From Thalia democratica (taxonomy: Eukaryota), in the NCBI GenBank assembly GCA_965202585.1, contig OZ241828.1:17608001-17672000 (forward strand): DNA of 64,000 bases, written 5' to 3'. Under the pieces are notes generated by a model that saw nothing but the letters and a program-made list of their open reading frames with translations, searched no databases and was not told the DNA's origin. A program made the translations under genes and the position numbers. Shown here piece after piece: positions 34,594 to 48,806 of the stretch. Every line of letters begins with the position of its first letter. Position 1 is the stretch's first letter.

Positions 34594-35901
34594 TTATATC
34601 GATATGGTTTCTAAGAACCATGGCACCTTGACGCACGAAAACCTTTCTTTTGTTTGCGTGGTCGCGCAGGGTTTTTTCGACCATTCGCCCCCATCAACGT
34701 CGTAACAAGCAACGTACGGCTCTCCGCTTTGAAAAATTGCGATCACGCCTCCGAACGCCACCGCTCCGTGCACGGCCGTTTCCCACAGGTAAGGTGGCGA
34801 TTTGATAGAAACGAAACTGCCGCCAACGTCGTCGAAAACCTCGCACTCTCCCGCTCCGTCCCCGAAAACATACAACTTTTGCCGCAAGGCCACCGTGTAG
34901 TGACGGCCCCTGCAGCGGATCATGCTCGGCATTGCCAGCCACTTGTCGTTGGCGTGATCGTAACGCTCCGCCCAGTTCAGCCTCTTGTGTTGCTGATCCA
35001 TACCGCCGGTGACCACGACCGTTCCGTTGAAAAGCGCGCACGCTGTCACTGCCCTCGCGCCCACCTTCATTTCGGCCAGCTCTTTCCACTCGAAGCCGGC
35101 CGTGTCCAGTTGCAAGCAAGAGCCGTGGACGGGGTACGGATATTCGGGAGACCAGCCCCCGAAAGTTAAAATTTTGTTGGCAACGGCGCAAACGGAAAAG
35201 CTGTGGCGCGCGTCGAAGGCGTCTGCCACTTTCGTCCACGTGTTGTTGGCTGGTGAGTACCTTTCAACGTACATTTCATAGTGCTCACAGCCATCTAAAA
35301 CGTAAACTTCCCCTTCAATGCAAACTGCTTGGATATCATGTCGTTCTGCCAGCATGGGGGGAAGAGCTTCTGCGCTTTTAAAATCGCACAACTGGATGAC
35401 ATCTCTGCAGTATTCGACGGGTTTAAAACCAGAGAGATACTTCAAATCTCCTAGAATTAGTAAGTTAGAACTTGCCCTATAAGAATAAAGGCTAATGCAA
35501 TTGACTCCTAACTTATTACGAAAAAAAAGTTTTTGATCATGCAACACATCTTTGAACACTGTAATACCTTCATCAGTTTTGTAATACAATGAAGACTCAC
35601 TGAAAAGTCTTTTTAAAACACCTTTTGGTAGTGAGTAAACACGTAGTTTTAACAAAAGGTTTTTGGCAAACTTACCACGTTCCTTAATTTTGTAAGTTAG
35701 CCAACTTTCGGCTGCACGAAGCACTTTAAGTTCTAACTTTGCAAGTAAACTGGAACTTGAAAGTAGTTTTACTACAGAAATATATTCCAGTTCTAGAAAA
35801 CTTATAGTTGCAACTACCAAAGTAAAGCACTCTTCCATGAAATTGATGGAAAATTTCGAAATTGTTTTTAAATCAAAAACTTCTGCTAATTTATACAACA
35901 T
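34594..35901 (-). CDS. Kelch-like protein copy 3, 435 aa (N-terminally truncated)
   Basis: Same BACK+Kelch sequence. An extra TAA at 35926-35928 removes the first 35 codons relative to copy 2. May be a pseudogene. Confidence 0.7.
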   Translation of the reverse strand: MLYKLAEVFDLKTISKFSINFMEECFTLVVATISFLELEYISVVKLLSSSSLLAKLELKVLRAAESWLTYKIKERGKFAKNLLLKLRVYSLPKGVLKRLFSESSLYYKTDEGITVFKDVLHDQKLFFRNKLGVNCISLYSYRASSNLLILGDLKYLSGFKPVEYCRDVIQLCDFKSAEALPPMLAERHDIQAVCIEGEVYVLDGCEHYEMYVERYSPANNTWTKVADAFDARHSFSVCAVANKILTFGGWSPEYPYPVHGSCLQLDTAGFEWKELAEMKVGARAVTACALFNGTVVVTGGMDQQHKRLNWAERYDHANDKWLAMPSMIRCRGRHYTVALRQKLYVFGDGAGECEVFDDVGGSFVSIKSPPYLWETAVHGAVAFGGVIAIFQSGEPYVACYDVDGGEWSKKPCATTQTKERFSCVKVPWFLETISI

Positions 35902-37012
35902 AATTACATTTTTAGCAGAAAATTTTTAATTTATTTTATTGTACCATTCTCTTTCACAACTCGTTGTGGTGTTAATAAAAATCTTCTTCTGTTTAATATA
36001 AAACATAACTCCATTTTTACCCTAATTATTACCTTTAAAAGAAAGTTTGATTAACATACTTTTTGTAAATTATAAACAAATTGATTTAAAACTCTCAAGT
36101 TAGTTTTTAGTTGCTGATAGAATTTAGGTTATTTTACTATTTAACGTAAAAAGTAAGATCTTTTTAAACTTAATAACGTATACTACTGATCATAGTTTTT
36201 TTGGACTTTGGCAAATTTTATGTGTGTTATCTTGCTTGAGACACAGAAACATATTTAAGTTCAATAAAGAAAGTGTACTGTAAACATTTGTTGTTATTAT
36301 ATATTGAATAATATAAATGAATACTAGGTTATCGAAATTGAACTATTCAAATTACTTTTGAACTAATTTAAATTTTATATTTTAAATTATTAGCTTAACT
36401 GTATGATTAAATCAAAATATTTGAAAACAACTTTATTCTCCATTTTTCAATCCTTATGGAATTTAAAACTGTAACAGGATATCAACTTGATTACTGTTTA
36501 AATTTGGTTTGAAGTTTTGAGCTAAAAGTTAATTCAAGCGGTTAAGAGAAAGCTTGCAAATTAATATTTTATTTACTTATATATTATATAAATTTATATA
36601 TCAAATAAAATAATACTTAGGGCACTTTGTCATTTTTTAGCTGTGACTGTTACTGGTTGTATGTATTTCCTTTTGTTTATTATGTTTACCATTTCGTATT
36701 TTACGAGAGCTTGTTATGTGAAGTTTCACTAAAATTATGTGCTATAAAGTAAGTTATATGTTTATATAAATGAATAGCTTATTATAATTTGATAGTTTGT
36801 TTTTCATTAGAAGAAATAGGTAAATTAGTTAAACAAATAAATGAAGTTTAAAGTAATTGAAAAGTAAAATTACAAACTATTTGTTTACTGTAGTTTGCAT
36901 AGAAACAAAAAATGTTGTGAAAATTTAGAAAGAAATGCATTTGAAAGGGCATATTACGTAAGATGTATATTTTAAGAAAAAAAAATTTCGCTCAGTATTA
37001 GTGCTAAGCTTT

Positions 37013-37142
37013 TAGGGTGGAGGCGGGGACGTGGTGGTTACGGGAGAGCGACAGCGTGTGGTGAAAAACCCGTAAACTTTTTTAATATTTTTTTTTCTAA
37101 AGTCGATATGGTGCAATCTTGTGGATTTGCGACACCTAGCGG
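37013..37142. promoter_or_regulatory. GC island, candidate promoter (unit 3)
   Basis: Copy of 10567-10695 with a few private variants shared with unit 5. Confidence 0.5.
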
Positions 37143-37245
37143 ATAAAAAAATTAGAAATTTAACTTTGATTTTTATTTAAAATAAACTAATTTCGCGATG
37201 TGTTTAAAAATCGTAATCAATTAGGCAGTTTTACAATTTTTTTAG

Positions 37246-38705
37246 AAGTCAGAGCTTAAAAACCTCGGGAACTTCTTTAAGATAATGGAAAGATTTACGG
37301 TTTTATATTTAATTAAAGATTAACGTTATTATAATGAAGTAAAGTCTAAGTTTTAACAAGTTTTTTAAAGTCAACAAGTTAAACTGCATATATTATAAAA
37401 TCTATGAAAAACTGTGAAAATTTATTAAATTTTATTGCTTTGATTTTAAGTAAATGAGCTATATTAAATTTATTTAAACTATAACAACATAAATAACAAG
37501 CTATTTAAAAACTAACATTAATTGAAGCAATTACAGCAAAAGCTAAACTACAAAGTAAAATTTCATTTTTAAATGAACTAATTAATGTTTTTTTTTTAAT
37601 TCGGATAAACTTAATAATAAATGCATATTTCTAAGTACAACATTTCTAAAACAGCACTCATTACAGCAGATAAATCAAGGTAATGGAGTACAATACAAAA
37701 CCAGAAAAAGTGGGTTTGAATCTTTATGTTAAGCTTAAAGCCATGTGAAATTTTATATTTATTATCACGCTTCTTATACATAACTTGTAATTATTTGTCC
37801 TTTAAAGTTCAAATAATATTTTTGTTTGATAGTACGATTGTTATAATTAACTTTAGCAAAATCGATCTAACACTTGTAAAAGGTTGCCGTACCCTCTACT
37901 TCACAAATGTATAACAAATAGTTTTTCTTGTAAACATTATTGTTGTTTTCTTTTTAAAGTTTGCAGTTTGTTTTAACACGCTTAAACGTATTTTAAAAAA
38001 GCTATACATAAAAGCTGTATCTTAAATTAAGAAAAGCTGTATAGAAATTAGTAAAAGCTTAGAAGTAGAGCAACGAATAAAACTTATGAAAAGTTATTAA
38101 CTCATGTTTGTTTGTTATTCAAAAAACGAGATTTTTAAGTAAATTTTCTGTCTATGTATGAACTCAAGTTAAATTTATTAAAAATTTTACAATAAAAATG
38201 ATTTTTTTTTTCAAAGCTTATAAAAGTTTCAGTAATTCTTCCACTTTCATAAAATACTAACGTACAAAATTAAAGGTTCGTATTTAACTAAACATAAATT
38301 TTTTTGAATCAAACATTGTTTGTTTTTTCTCTGGTTGGAGTAAACTTTACATATAAATGCTTATAGTTCCTAAAACAGTAGTCATTACAGTCATAAAAGC
38401 AGATTAAGCGAGGCGATGGAGTAAAGTACCCACCAAGACAAAACGGGTCTGAATCTCGGCAAAAATTATATCAAGCTTAACTTTACATTAAATTTTTATT
38501 ATAATTATCAGGCTTTTAATACATAATTTGTAACCACTTATCCTTTATACTTTAAAATCGTGTTTCTTATTGATAATACAATTATTTCATGTAACTTTAG
38601 CCCGCGGAAAACTTTTTATATATTCTGCTCGCAACTCTTTCTAAAAAGAATGGCCTTTTACCTATAAAAGGTTGCCGTACCTTGTATTTTACTCGTGTTA
38701 AATAA
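37246..38705 (+). pseudogene. Cryptic small gene, A-type, second HOR copy
   Basis: 10799-12258 shifted by 26,447. Same 46-bp deletion and +1 A. Confidence 0.45.
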
Positions 38706-39084
38706 ATAGTCTATTTTCTAAATAGTATCTTTTTTTTTTATTATAAAATGTATTATCTATGTCTGGTGTACTACCTGACAAAAAGCAAGTCGTGTTTGTT
38801 ATGCGCAAATTATAAGTAGTTTATAAAAAATATCACAGTAAAGTAATGTTCAAACAATGTATAAATAATAGAAATTAAAAGTAGAACGGATTTTACATTA
38901 AAGTGTGTATTTTGATTTTAAAATTAGCCGCAATAAAATAAACTAAATATTAAATAAACTCTACTTAACAATTTATCTTTCAACTTGTCATAAGCAAAAA
39001 GCTAAATGTCTATTAATCGGATGTTTGAAATAGTAGCTATAGCCAGTTAATATAAGCTTTAATTCTTTTTGAAAAAGATTCATT

Positions 39085-39122
39085 TAAGCACTGACGATGT
39101 CTTTGACCGAAACTTAGTTTGT
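39085..39122 (+). ncRNA. Degenerate hammerhead motif, unit A'
   Basis: Same sequence as 12638-12675. Confidence 0.55.
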
Positions 39123-40785
39123 AAAATAAAATCTTGAAAGAATAAATTCATTATTTCTCCTATAGTAGCTAGTTAAGTGCTTTATCTAAACCCGAAATCG
39201 TTAAACTTAACATAATAATTCTAAAAGTTAAGTATTGAGTACACAGAGATTTTATAGAAACTAAATACCTATACAATAAAGATATCTTTAGACCCCAACT
39301 AACATTATACAAGAAAGTATTTTTGTAGTTTTTTGTGTACGCAGTATATGTGTTTAAAGTTGTTTCAATTTAGTTGAAAAATAACCGAAAGGCTTGCGTT
39401 AAATTTAAAATAATGAGCTGAAACAATTTTTTTATTAATTTAAATGACACAAAAGTTTCGTTGTTAAAATTTGTTGGTATACTGTAACTTTCTACCAAAA
39501 TTTATGTATAGTTTAGCAATTTTAAATTCATCAAAGAGCTGCGTTTAAAGTTTTAAAAAAATATTTGGTATCCAGTTAAACTTCTCAATAACAGGTTCAG
39601 AATGATAAAGTAGATAATTTCTACTTATTTAAGCTATAATTTTCAGCTTCAAGCTGAGTAATAATTAAATTGTATTTTATCGCGTTCATGTGATTTCTTT
39701 AGCAAGTTTCTTACTTTTGTAAGTTTATTATATAACCTCTAACTTATTTTGATAATATACTGCATTGACAAAAGTAAAAATATACAAAATACAACCAGGC
39801 TTGGTAGAAACAATTTCCAGCAAAGTTTGCCATAAAAAGTGTCATTCGACTTTAGAACAAGTTTATTTCATTTATACTGTAAAAATCAGATTTCATTACA
39901 TAAAATTAGTAGCTTTTAACTTCCCGAAACACGACATTGTTAGAGTGAAAACTTGCAGTAGCTAATAACTCGTACTTTAACAGTGTTTATTTTACCAAAA
40001 TTTAGTTTTAAAATAGGATATTTTAGTGATAGCTGCAGCCCGCAGCAATCTTATTCTTTATAATGTGCAGCCCGTGAATAACTCAACATAGAAAAATGAC
40101 TATTTAATTGTCAAGTCTGCCAATTTAACTGATAATGAAATGCTGTAGCTACATAACTTTTAATTGAAATTAACACAAATTCATTTTTTTAGGAAAAATT
40201 GTTATAAATAAATTTTTGTTATGTTTTCACACCAGAGCCCTACAGTGTTATTTGACGTGAGAACCTAAACAAATCACATTATATTTTAATAACATGTTCA
40301 TAAACAAGCACGAAGAAATTTGCAAAGCAGGTCCTTTTTTAAATACATACATGGACAGCAAAATATTTCAGTTTAAACGCCGTTGATCAAGAAAACAAAA
40401 ATTTTTTTAGAACCTTAACTACGTTCGTAAAATCTACCCTTCAGTAATGATATTAACAACTGCAAGACTACCATGATAAAAAAAACTAGTACATACTAAT
40501 TATCTCGTTAAATATAATTAACCGAATTATGCTTATTAAACGTCTTGGTCTTTACCCTTTTCGTGTTCGATGCATTAACAACTTTTTATAACAACTTCAG
40601 TAAGGGACTATTTCTTATCAGAATTATGCAGTGCACAATAATTGTAAATACAAAAACATTTAAATTGATTTTTGAATTTTTGTAACCTTATGTAATTCTG
40701 TAACTTTATTTTAGATAAAAAACAGTTTATAACAGAACACAATTTATTTAATACACGAAAAAAACATAATATTTGAAGATTGCAT

Positions 40786-43700
40786 TCATTCCACGTTTTT
40801 CACACGTCCAACGTCAGCAACAAGTGAAGACAATCGGAAAGACCTGTAAGAATAATATACAATTAATAAAACGGAAAAATTATTGATGCTTTTTAAACTA
40901 AAAATTGGTAATATTTCATTTAATAATTAAAACATATTAGTGAACAGATGCCGTGAAAAGTGGCTGAAACTCAATATAAACGTAACATGTAATAAAAATG
41001 CATCCTTCAAACTTGTAGCTTTTGCAGTCAAAACAACAGTTTATTAACAATTTACAAATAAAAAAATGCAAGCAAGCAATACAAACTAAATAAATTTATC
41101 AATTTTAATAATTAAACGTGTTCAAAGTTTTGATAAAATCATATAACTTAGCTATTAAATACCACAAAGAAATAAATTATAGTTCTGTGAAACAAAATAG
41201 CTTCCACAGCTTCAAACTTTTTAATAACCTCTATTTCACAAGTACTATATTTTAGTCTCTTTAAAATTAATTGTAGACTTGTAACAAAAATTATAGTAAA
41301 ACAATCAAAAAACATACAAGTTTAAAATGTTAGCTACAAATTCTAAATGTTATTGAAAAATAACACCAGCTTTTTAATTTGACTTAAGTAAGTTTATCTC
41401 AAAGATTATAAAATTTATACATATGTAAACAACAAATAAATAAAGACGTTTGAATGATTAAAATTAACAACACTTTTTTTTACTTTTAACAAGTTTGATT
41501 GAGCAATGCTTACAAATTTTCTTTACAAAAGATAATAAATACTCAAAAAATAAATTAATAGAACAAAAATTCGAGTAAATTTGAGAAAAATAATTATAAT
41601 AGCAATCGAAACAAACGATATAAAATTTATAAATTATAAAATCTAAATAAGATAATTAGAAGGAGCATAGACTATTTAAAAGCTTTGTTTTTCAATCATA
41701 GTTGTCACAACTGTTATTAAATTTAGTAAATAAAAATTTATTTACATTAAAACAGATTAAAATATTATAATAAATTGGACAAAATAAAATGAGAAAATAC
41801 TGCACTATTTGTTGGTCTAGTAATTTAAACAAATGTAATTTTAATAGCTCTCAAATTTGCTATGATACACCGCTAAGTTAAACATTTTATTTAATTTTGG
41901 TTAAATTAATAAATACATATTTTTTCTTATGTTCAAAATAAACAGTCGATTTATAAATCAAATTCAAAACTCTATTTAACTATATAAAACACCAAGCACT
42001 AAAGAAACACTTTGGATTTATTTAAAAAATTTCAGTATCAGATTATTTTTTCTATATGTTGAACAAAACAGTTTTTAAATTATTTGTAATTGTAATTACT
42101 TACTTATTGTTACACTTTGCATAATTAATGAGATTTAGTGACAGAGAGGACCACCGGTTCCGCATCAGTGATTTGTCATCGGTGAACCAATTCAAGACAC
42201 TGAAAAAAAATTATAAATATTACAATTCATAGAGTTGATTTAAACTGGTATTAAATATTTAGTTAAGCATTTTATTTAAACACAATAGGTATATAGAATA
42301 TGTAAAAATTTGTGGCCACATTGTTAAATATTAAGCATGTTCCATCACAATTATCATTGTTTTCTTATGATTTCTTAATAAGATAACTAGCAAACTAAAT
42401 TTCAATAAATTTCTTTAAAAATATAAAAACTAAGTATAATGTGCAACAGTTGTATGAAAAATGTTAGCAGGAATAATTAAAACGACATATTCTGTAAAAA
42501 AAGTTTCGGAGGTTATTGTTCTGATAAGTTCAAATTTGTCAGTAAACTGAACTGTATAATTATTTCTTGACATACAGATTAAAATGTCAAGTTGACTAAA
42601 AGGTTTGTAGTTTGTTGTAGATGAAAAGTTTATAGAAGTTCAAATGACCAGTTTGTAGAGAGCATATTTATTTTTTATAAACTTTGTAAATTGAAACTGT
42701 GAAAAACACTCTTGAAAGTATTAATGATTATAAATAACTAATTTTTGTACTAATATGTACTAACTAATATGTACTATGATTACTTAATTTAAACTACTGA
42801 TATGAAAACACACTGTTCAAATATTACTTACATTTCAGGCCACCTGTATTGAACAATAAATTTTACTACTATTTTTTATGCTTTACTACACCACTATACA
42901 TATTAAACACAACATTATAAGATACTAAGTTTTACAACTACTATATTTTAGTCTCTTTAAACTTAATTGTAGATTTGTATACAGTATATACAAGTTAACA
43001 TGTAATAAAAAAGCATCCAACAAACTTGTAGCTTTTGCAGTCAAAACTACAGTTTGATAAAAATTGACAAAAAATTAAATGCAAGCAAGCAATACAAACT
43101 AAATATATTTATTAATTTTAATAATTATATGTGTTTAAAGTTTAATTAAAATCATACAACTTATAAATAAAGACGTTTGAATGATTTAAATTACCATTTT
43201 ATTGAAATTAACAACACTTTTTATTTTTAACAAGTTTGTTTGAGCAATGCTTACAAATCTTAACTAACTTATTTTCCTTTCAAAAGATGATAAATACTCA
43301 CATAATTAATTTACCAAACAAAAATTCGAGTTTAAATTATTAAAATAGAAATCAAAACAAACAAATGAAATTAATCAATTATCAAACCTAAATAAGATAT
43401 TAGAAGGAGCATACACTATTTAAAAGCTTTATTTTTTAATCATAGTTGTTGCAACTGCTAATAACTTTTTCTCTACTAAATTTTAGTACATTAAAACAGT
43501 TTATTATATTATAATAAATTTGACAAAATTAACATTGCTCAATATGAGAAAATACTGCACTATTTGTTGGTTTAGTAAGTTATACATATGTAACTTTAAT
43601 AGTTATCAAGTTTGCTATGATAGACCGCTTAGATAAACATTTTACTTTACTTTGATAATATCAATAAAAACATCTTTTTTCTTATGTTTAAAATAAACAG

Positions 43701-45351
43701 TAAATTTATAAACCAAAACTCTATTTAACCATAAAAAAAAACCCCAAGCACTAAAGAAACACTTTGAATTTATTAAAAAAATTTCAGTATCAGATTATTT
43801 TCTATAAGTTGAACAAAACAGTTTTTAAATTATTTGTAATTGTAAATACTTACTTATTGTTTCACTTTGCATAGTCAATGAGATTTAGTGACAGAGAGGT
43901 CCACCGGTCAGTGATTTGTCATGGTCAGTGATCAAATTTAAGAACAGAAACTGAAAAAAAAAAAAAAAGTTATAAATAATATAATACATAAAGTTGATTT
44001 AAACTGGTATTTTTATTAAAATAGTCATGTGTGTGCATGTCTAACAACTTAAGTAAAGTACACACAACTGTTATGCTAACAGACATTATAAATTTGTTTA
44101 AAAAAACATAAAAATATTACTTTTAATAAATGTGTTTTACTCATTATAAATACAAACAAGTTGGTTTACATTAAAAATAATTCTCATAGTATAAAAACAA
44201 CATTGCCACTCTATAAAACAAAAAACTATCCTTAGTGACCTTGTACAGTCTTAAGTCATCCTGTGCTTTTTTTCAAATCATATTAAAAATCTTAATTTAA
44301 TTGAAATAAACTTTTCAAATCAATATGAATCATGTTTTAAAATAAAACAGGTTATAAAATATCAAAACATTGTTACTGGACCAACTTTATCTGTATCAAG
44401 ATCTAGAAAAAAAAATAGCCTAAGACTTTTAAAAACATAAAACTATTTTGAGTTGTCCTTACTCAACCTTAGTTAGATTTAAAAAATTTAAACTCTGCTG
44501 AACAATATTGAGTATTTTGAATGTATGGCAAGCATGATACAAAATACTTATAAACTTTTGGTAAAAATGAAAAGTATTAATAATTTGATCTATTTTTACA
44601 ACATTACACTTATATAAAGATAAAATGTTTTAAGAGAAAGTGTTGCTTAAGAAAAAATTAATTTTATATATTTAGATATATAAATGTAAAAGTACTGGGT
44701 GTAAGGGACTGGGATGGGGGCTTATAAATTTATATGCTCATCTGTTTACCAGAGGTCTTAACTACTTTATCTACTTTATAGATAGCTGATGTATCAATTA
44801 AATGTTATTTGTCATCAGTCACCTAAAGGTTAGAATTTTTTTCTATACCCTTAATAGGTTTTAACCAAAACGCTTTGTAAAATTTTAGCATGGGTGGCAT
44901 ACTTTCAGAAAAAAAGAATAGTTTAAGTTTGTGTATCAGGTTAAACCTTTTTTAAAAACTTGTAAATAGTTATATAAAATAGTTATTTACTGCTATGATC
45001 AAATTATATGTTAATGAAACTAAAGCTTTTAGCTTTTGTGTTTTACCAGGTAAAATGTATTATACTGTTATCTTAATCTTCAAATTACATACATGGTTTG
45101 TCTTATAGTATGGCTCTGTTTGATATATAAGAGTTGAACAACTCTAAGTTGTAGATAATAATACTATCATTGAAATATACTCACCACTGTACTATACCAA
45201 AAACTTGCAGAAATAAATTTATTGGGTGGATTATATAAGAAGATATTCTTGTAAACAAACTTTCAAAACACTAGGTGCTTATTTCTTTTTTTAAGTATTC
45301 GCTGTTCAAATACTAGTCATATCACTTACAACAGTATTGAGTATTGACATT
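40786..45351 (-). pseudogene. Multi-exon minus-strand locus, unit A'
   Basis: 14339-18904 shifted by 26,447. Confidence 0.5.
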
Positions 45352-47393
45352 CTATATGAAAAATATTTACTTTTTTTATAACCGATAAATATCAATATGT
45401 ACGGAACCCAATTTACAAATTAACTAAAAAAAAATTACGTTTAAAATAACCATGCTATAAAATTAAAAATCAAAAAAATTAAATTCTTGCAATATTCACA
45501 AATGTAAACATACTATCAAAAAATTACAAAATGTTAAATTTGACTAATAAAACTAGGTTTTAATAAAAACATTTTTAATAGATTTCTTTATAAAAATTGT
45601 TACAACAGAAAGTTATTTTTACATCTATAAAACTCGCACAAATAAACGTTTTAGAACGTTTGTATAATGTTTCAATTTTTTTTTAAATAGAGTAGTTTTA
45701 TCCGTGAAAAACTATGTGAATGAAAGTTAAACTTCAAAACAGGAAAAGAAAGCAGTTACTAGTTAATGTTATATTTACCAGACCAAAAAAGTACAGAAAA
45801 ACAAGTTTAATATTTTTTTGTTTAACAATACATATGGTTGAAAAAGTTTAATTTTTGCTTCAGAATTTAAAGAATATTAAAATTTATTTTGGATTTTTTA
45901 CATAACAGTTTATACCATATATTTTGAAATTTAAAAGCGTCAATTAGCCTAAACAAGTTAAAACGTCTTATTTTTGTATTGTATGTCTATAAAAAAAACA
46001 GTAGTTAAGTTGGTGTCTATTGTTAATGTTATTTTAGTTTATAAACTTTTCAGTTGTTGGTTTTATGAGTATACATGTAAAACCGCGGTTATTTTTCTTA
46101 ATGATTTTTGTAAAAAAAAATATCTTTAAAACTTAACTTTTATCAATACTTGTGCAAATGATATAAAAACTCCAAACTTAAATATTAAATTAATTCAATA
46201 ACTGCTTACTTAGATGCTTTAAACAGCTTTCTTATGATATGATTATGATATGATTATGATTTACTAAACTTAAGTAAAAGAAAAAAAATGTAGCATAATA
46301 AAGTTAAATAAGCATTTGTAAGCAAATTTTAAAATTTTTCTAGTAACTAATATTGTTTCAAACAAAAAAGTTTATGTAAAAAAAAAATTACAAAACGAAT
46401 AGTAAAAACTTTTTTAACTTTTTATATCATATATCAATATAAAACACAGCAAACAGCTTGATGAGTAGTGATGACACGACAATAAAGGAATTGCTTATTT
46501 ATGGTTGATACTCATTTTTTCTTAAAAGTTTTATCTTCAATTTACTACTCTTTGTATTAGCACTTATATATGCTACCTTTTGTTAACTTCTTACACTTAA
46601 ATAATGATTTAGCCGCCACTAATAGCTGTAATAGTGCACCAAGTAGTAGGTTAAATGAAATGCTAAGTATGTGGGGAAGTAGTGGTCACAAAACTTCGGC
46701 AACAAGTAGTCCAAGTAATTGAACTATTTGTAGTCCAAGTAGTTGGACAACCTGTAGTACAATTAATTAAACAACCTGTAGTCCATGTAAATAAATGTTA
46801 AATAAAAATGTTGTATATTAATTTTTTTTTCATTTAAATAGATTTGAAATAATGACCAACAAAATTCAATAGGATTATATCGGCTAGATCCGCATAGTAA
46901 TTACTAACTGGGATACTGCCAGATCCAGATCTAAAAAGGGATTATCATGCTTGATCCGGTATATTAGTTATTTGAACAGCCCCGTCAAGGACAAATTTTA
47001 TCTTGATTCGAACCGCCGATTAAAAACGTTGTCCACTTTTATACTAAACTAAAAAAGAAATTATGTACTACCAGTAAATAAAGTTTAATAAGATTACCAA
47101 GTTCATAAGATTATAGTATTATAGTATATCGGCTAGATCCGTATAGTAATTTCTAACCGGATCTAAAAAGGGATTACCATGCTTGATCCTTAAACTTAAT
47201 CCGGTATAGTAGTAATTTGTACTGCCCTGCCAAGGACTAATTTTATCATGATCCGGACCGCCGATGCCCACCCCTATACTAAACTAAAAAAGAAGTTTTG
47301 TAATACTAGTAAATAAAGTTTAATAAACACTTAAACATTTTGATAAAACACTTTATCACTATATGAACACACTTTTGCATACAAACAGATCTT

Positions 47394-48806
47394 TTATATC
47401 GATATGGTTTCTAAGAACCATGGCACCTTGACGCACGAAAACCTATCTTTTGTTTGCATGGTCGCGCAGGGTTTTTTCGACCATTCGCTCCCATCAACGT
47501 CGTAACAAGCAACGTGAGGCTCTCCGCTTTGAAAAATTGCGATCACGCCTCCGAACGCCACCGCTCCGTGCACGGTCGTTTCCCACAGGTAAGGCGGCGA
47601 TTTGATGGAAACGAAACTGCCGCCAACGTCGTCGAAAACCTCGCAATCTCCAGCTCCGTCCCCGAAAACATACAACTTTTGCCGCAAGGCCACCGTGTAG
47701 TGACGGTCCCTGCAGCGGATCATGCTCGGCATTGCCAGCCACTTGTCGTTGGCGTGATCGTAACGCTCCGCCCAGTTCAGCCTCTTGTGCTGCTGATCCA
47801 TACCGCCGGTGACCACGACCGTTCCGTTGAAAAGCGCGCACGCTGTCACTGCCCTCGCGCCCACCTTCATTTCGGCCAGCTCTTTCCACTCGAAGCCGGC
47901 CGTGTCCAGTTGCAAGCAAGAGCCGTGGACGGGGTACGGATATTCGGGAGACCAGCCCCCGAAAGTTAAAATTTTGTTGGCAACGGCGCAAACGGAAAAG
48001 CTGTGGCGCGCGTCGAAGGCGTCTGCCACTTTCGTCCACGTGTTGTTGGCTGGTGAGTACCTTTCAACGTACATTTCATAGTGCTCACAGCCATCTAAAA
48101 CGTAAACTTCCCCTTCAATGCAAACTGCTTGGATATCATGTCGTTCTGCCAGCATGGGGGGAAGAGCTTCTGCGCTTTTAAAATCGCACAACTGGATGAC
48201 ATCTCTGCAGTATTCGACGGGTTTAAAACCAGAGAGATACTTCAAATCTCCTAGAATTAGTAAGTTAGAACATGCCCTATAAGAATAAAGGCTAATGCAA
48301 TTGACTCCTAACTTATTACGAAAAAAAAAATTTTGATCATGCAACACATCTTTGAACACTGTAATACCTTCATCAGTTTTGTAATACAATGAAGACTCAC
48401 TGAAAAGTCTTTTTAAAACACCTTTTGATAGTGAGTAAACACGTAGTTTTAACAAAAGGTTTTTGGCAAACTTACCACGTTCCTTAATTTTGTAAGTTAG
48501 CCAACTTTCGGCTGCACGAAGCACTTTAAGTTCTAACTTTGCAAGTAAACTGGAACTTGAAAGTAGTTTTACTACAGAAATATATTCCAGTTCTAGAAAA
48601 CTTATAGTTGCAACTACCAAAGTAAAGCACTCTTCCATGAAATTGATGGAAAATTTCGAAATTGTTTTTAAATCAAAAACTTCTACTAATTTATACAACA
48701 TAATTACATTTTTAGCAGAAAATTTTTCTTTTATTTTATTGTACCATTCTCTTTCACAACTCGTTGTGGTGTTAATAAAAATCTTCTTCTTTTTAATATA
48801 AAACAT
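47394..48806 (-). CDS. Kelch-like protein copy 4, 470 aa
   Basis: HOR twin of copy 2, differing by S>C (RASSN/RACSN) and G>D (CRGRH/CRDRH). Confidence 0.85.
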   Translation of the reverse strand: MFYIKKKKIFINTTTSCEREWYNKIKEKFSAKNVIMLYKLVEVFDLKTISKFSINFMEECFTLVVATISFLELEYISVVKLLSSSSLLAKLELKVLRAAESWLTYKIKERGKFAKNLLLKLRVYSLSKGVLKRLFSESSLYYKTDEGITVFKDVLHDQNFFFRNKLGVNCISLYSYRACSNLLILGDLKYLSGFKPVEYCRDVIQLCDFKSAEALPPMLAERHDIQAVCIEGEVYVLDGCEHYEMYVERYSPANNTWTKVADAFDARHSFSVCAVANKILTFGGWSPEYPYPVHGSCLQLDTAGFEWKELAEMKVGARAVTACALFNGTVVVTGGMDQQHKRLNWAERYDHANDKWLAMPSMIRCRDRHYTVALRQKLYVFGDGAGDCEVFDDVGGSFVSIKSPPYLWETTVHGAVAFGGVIAIFQSGEPHVACYDVDGSEWSKKPCATMQTKDRFSCVKVPWFLETISI

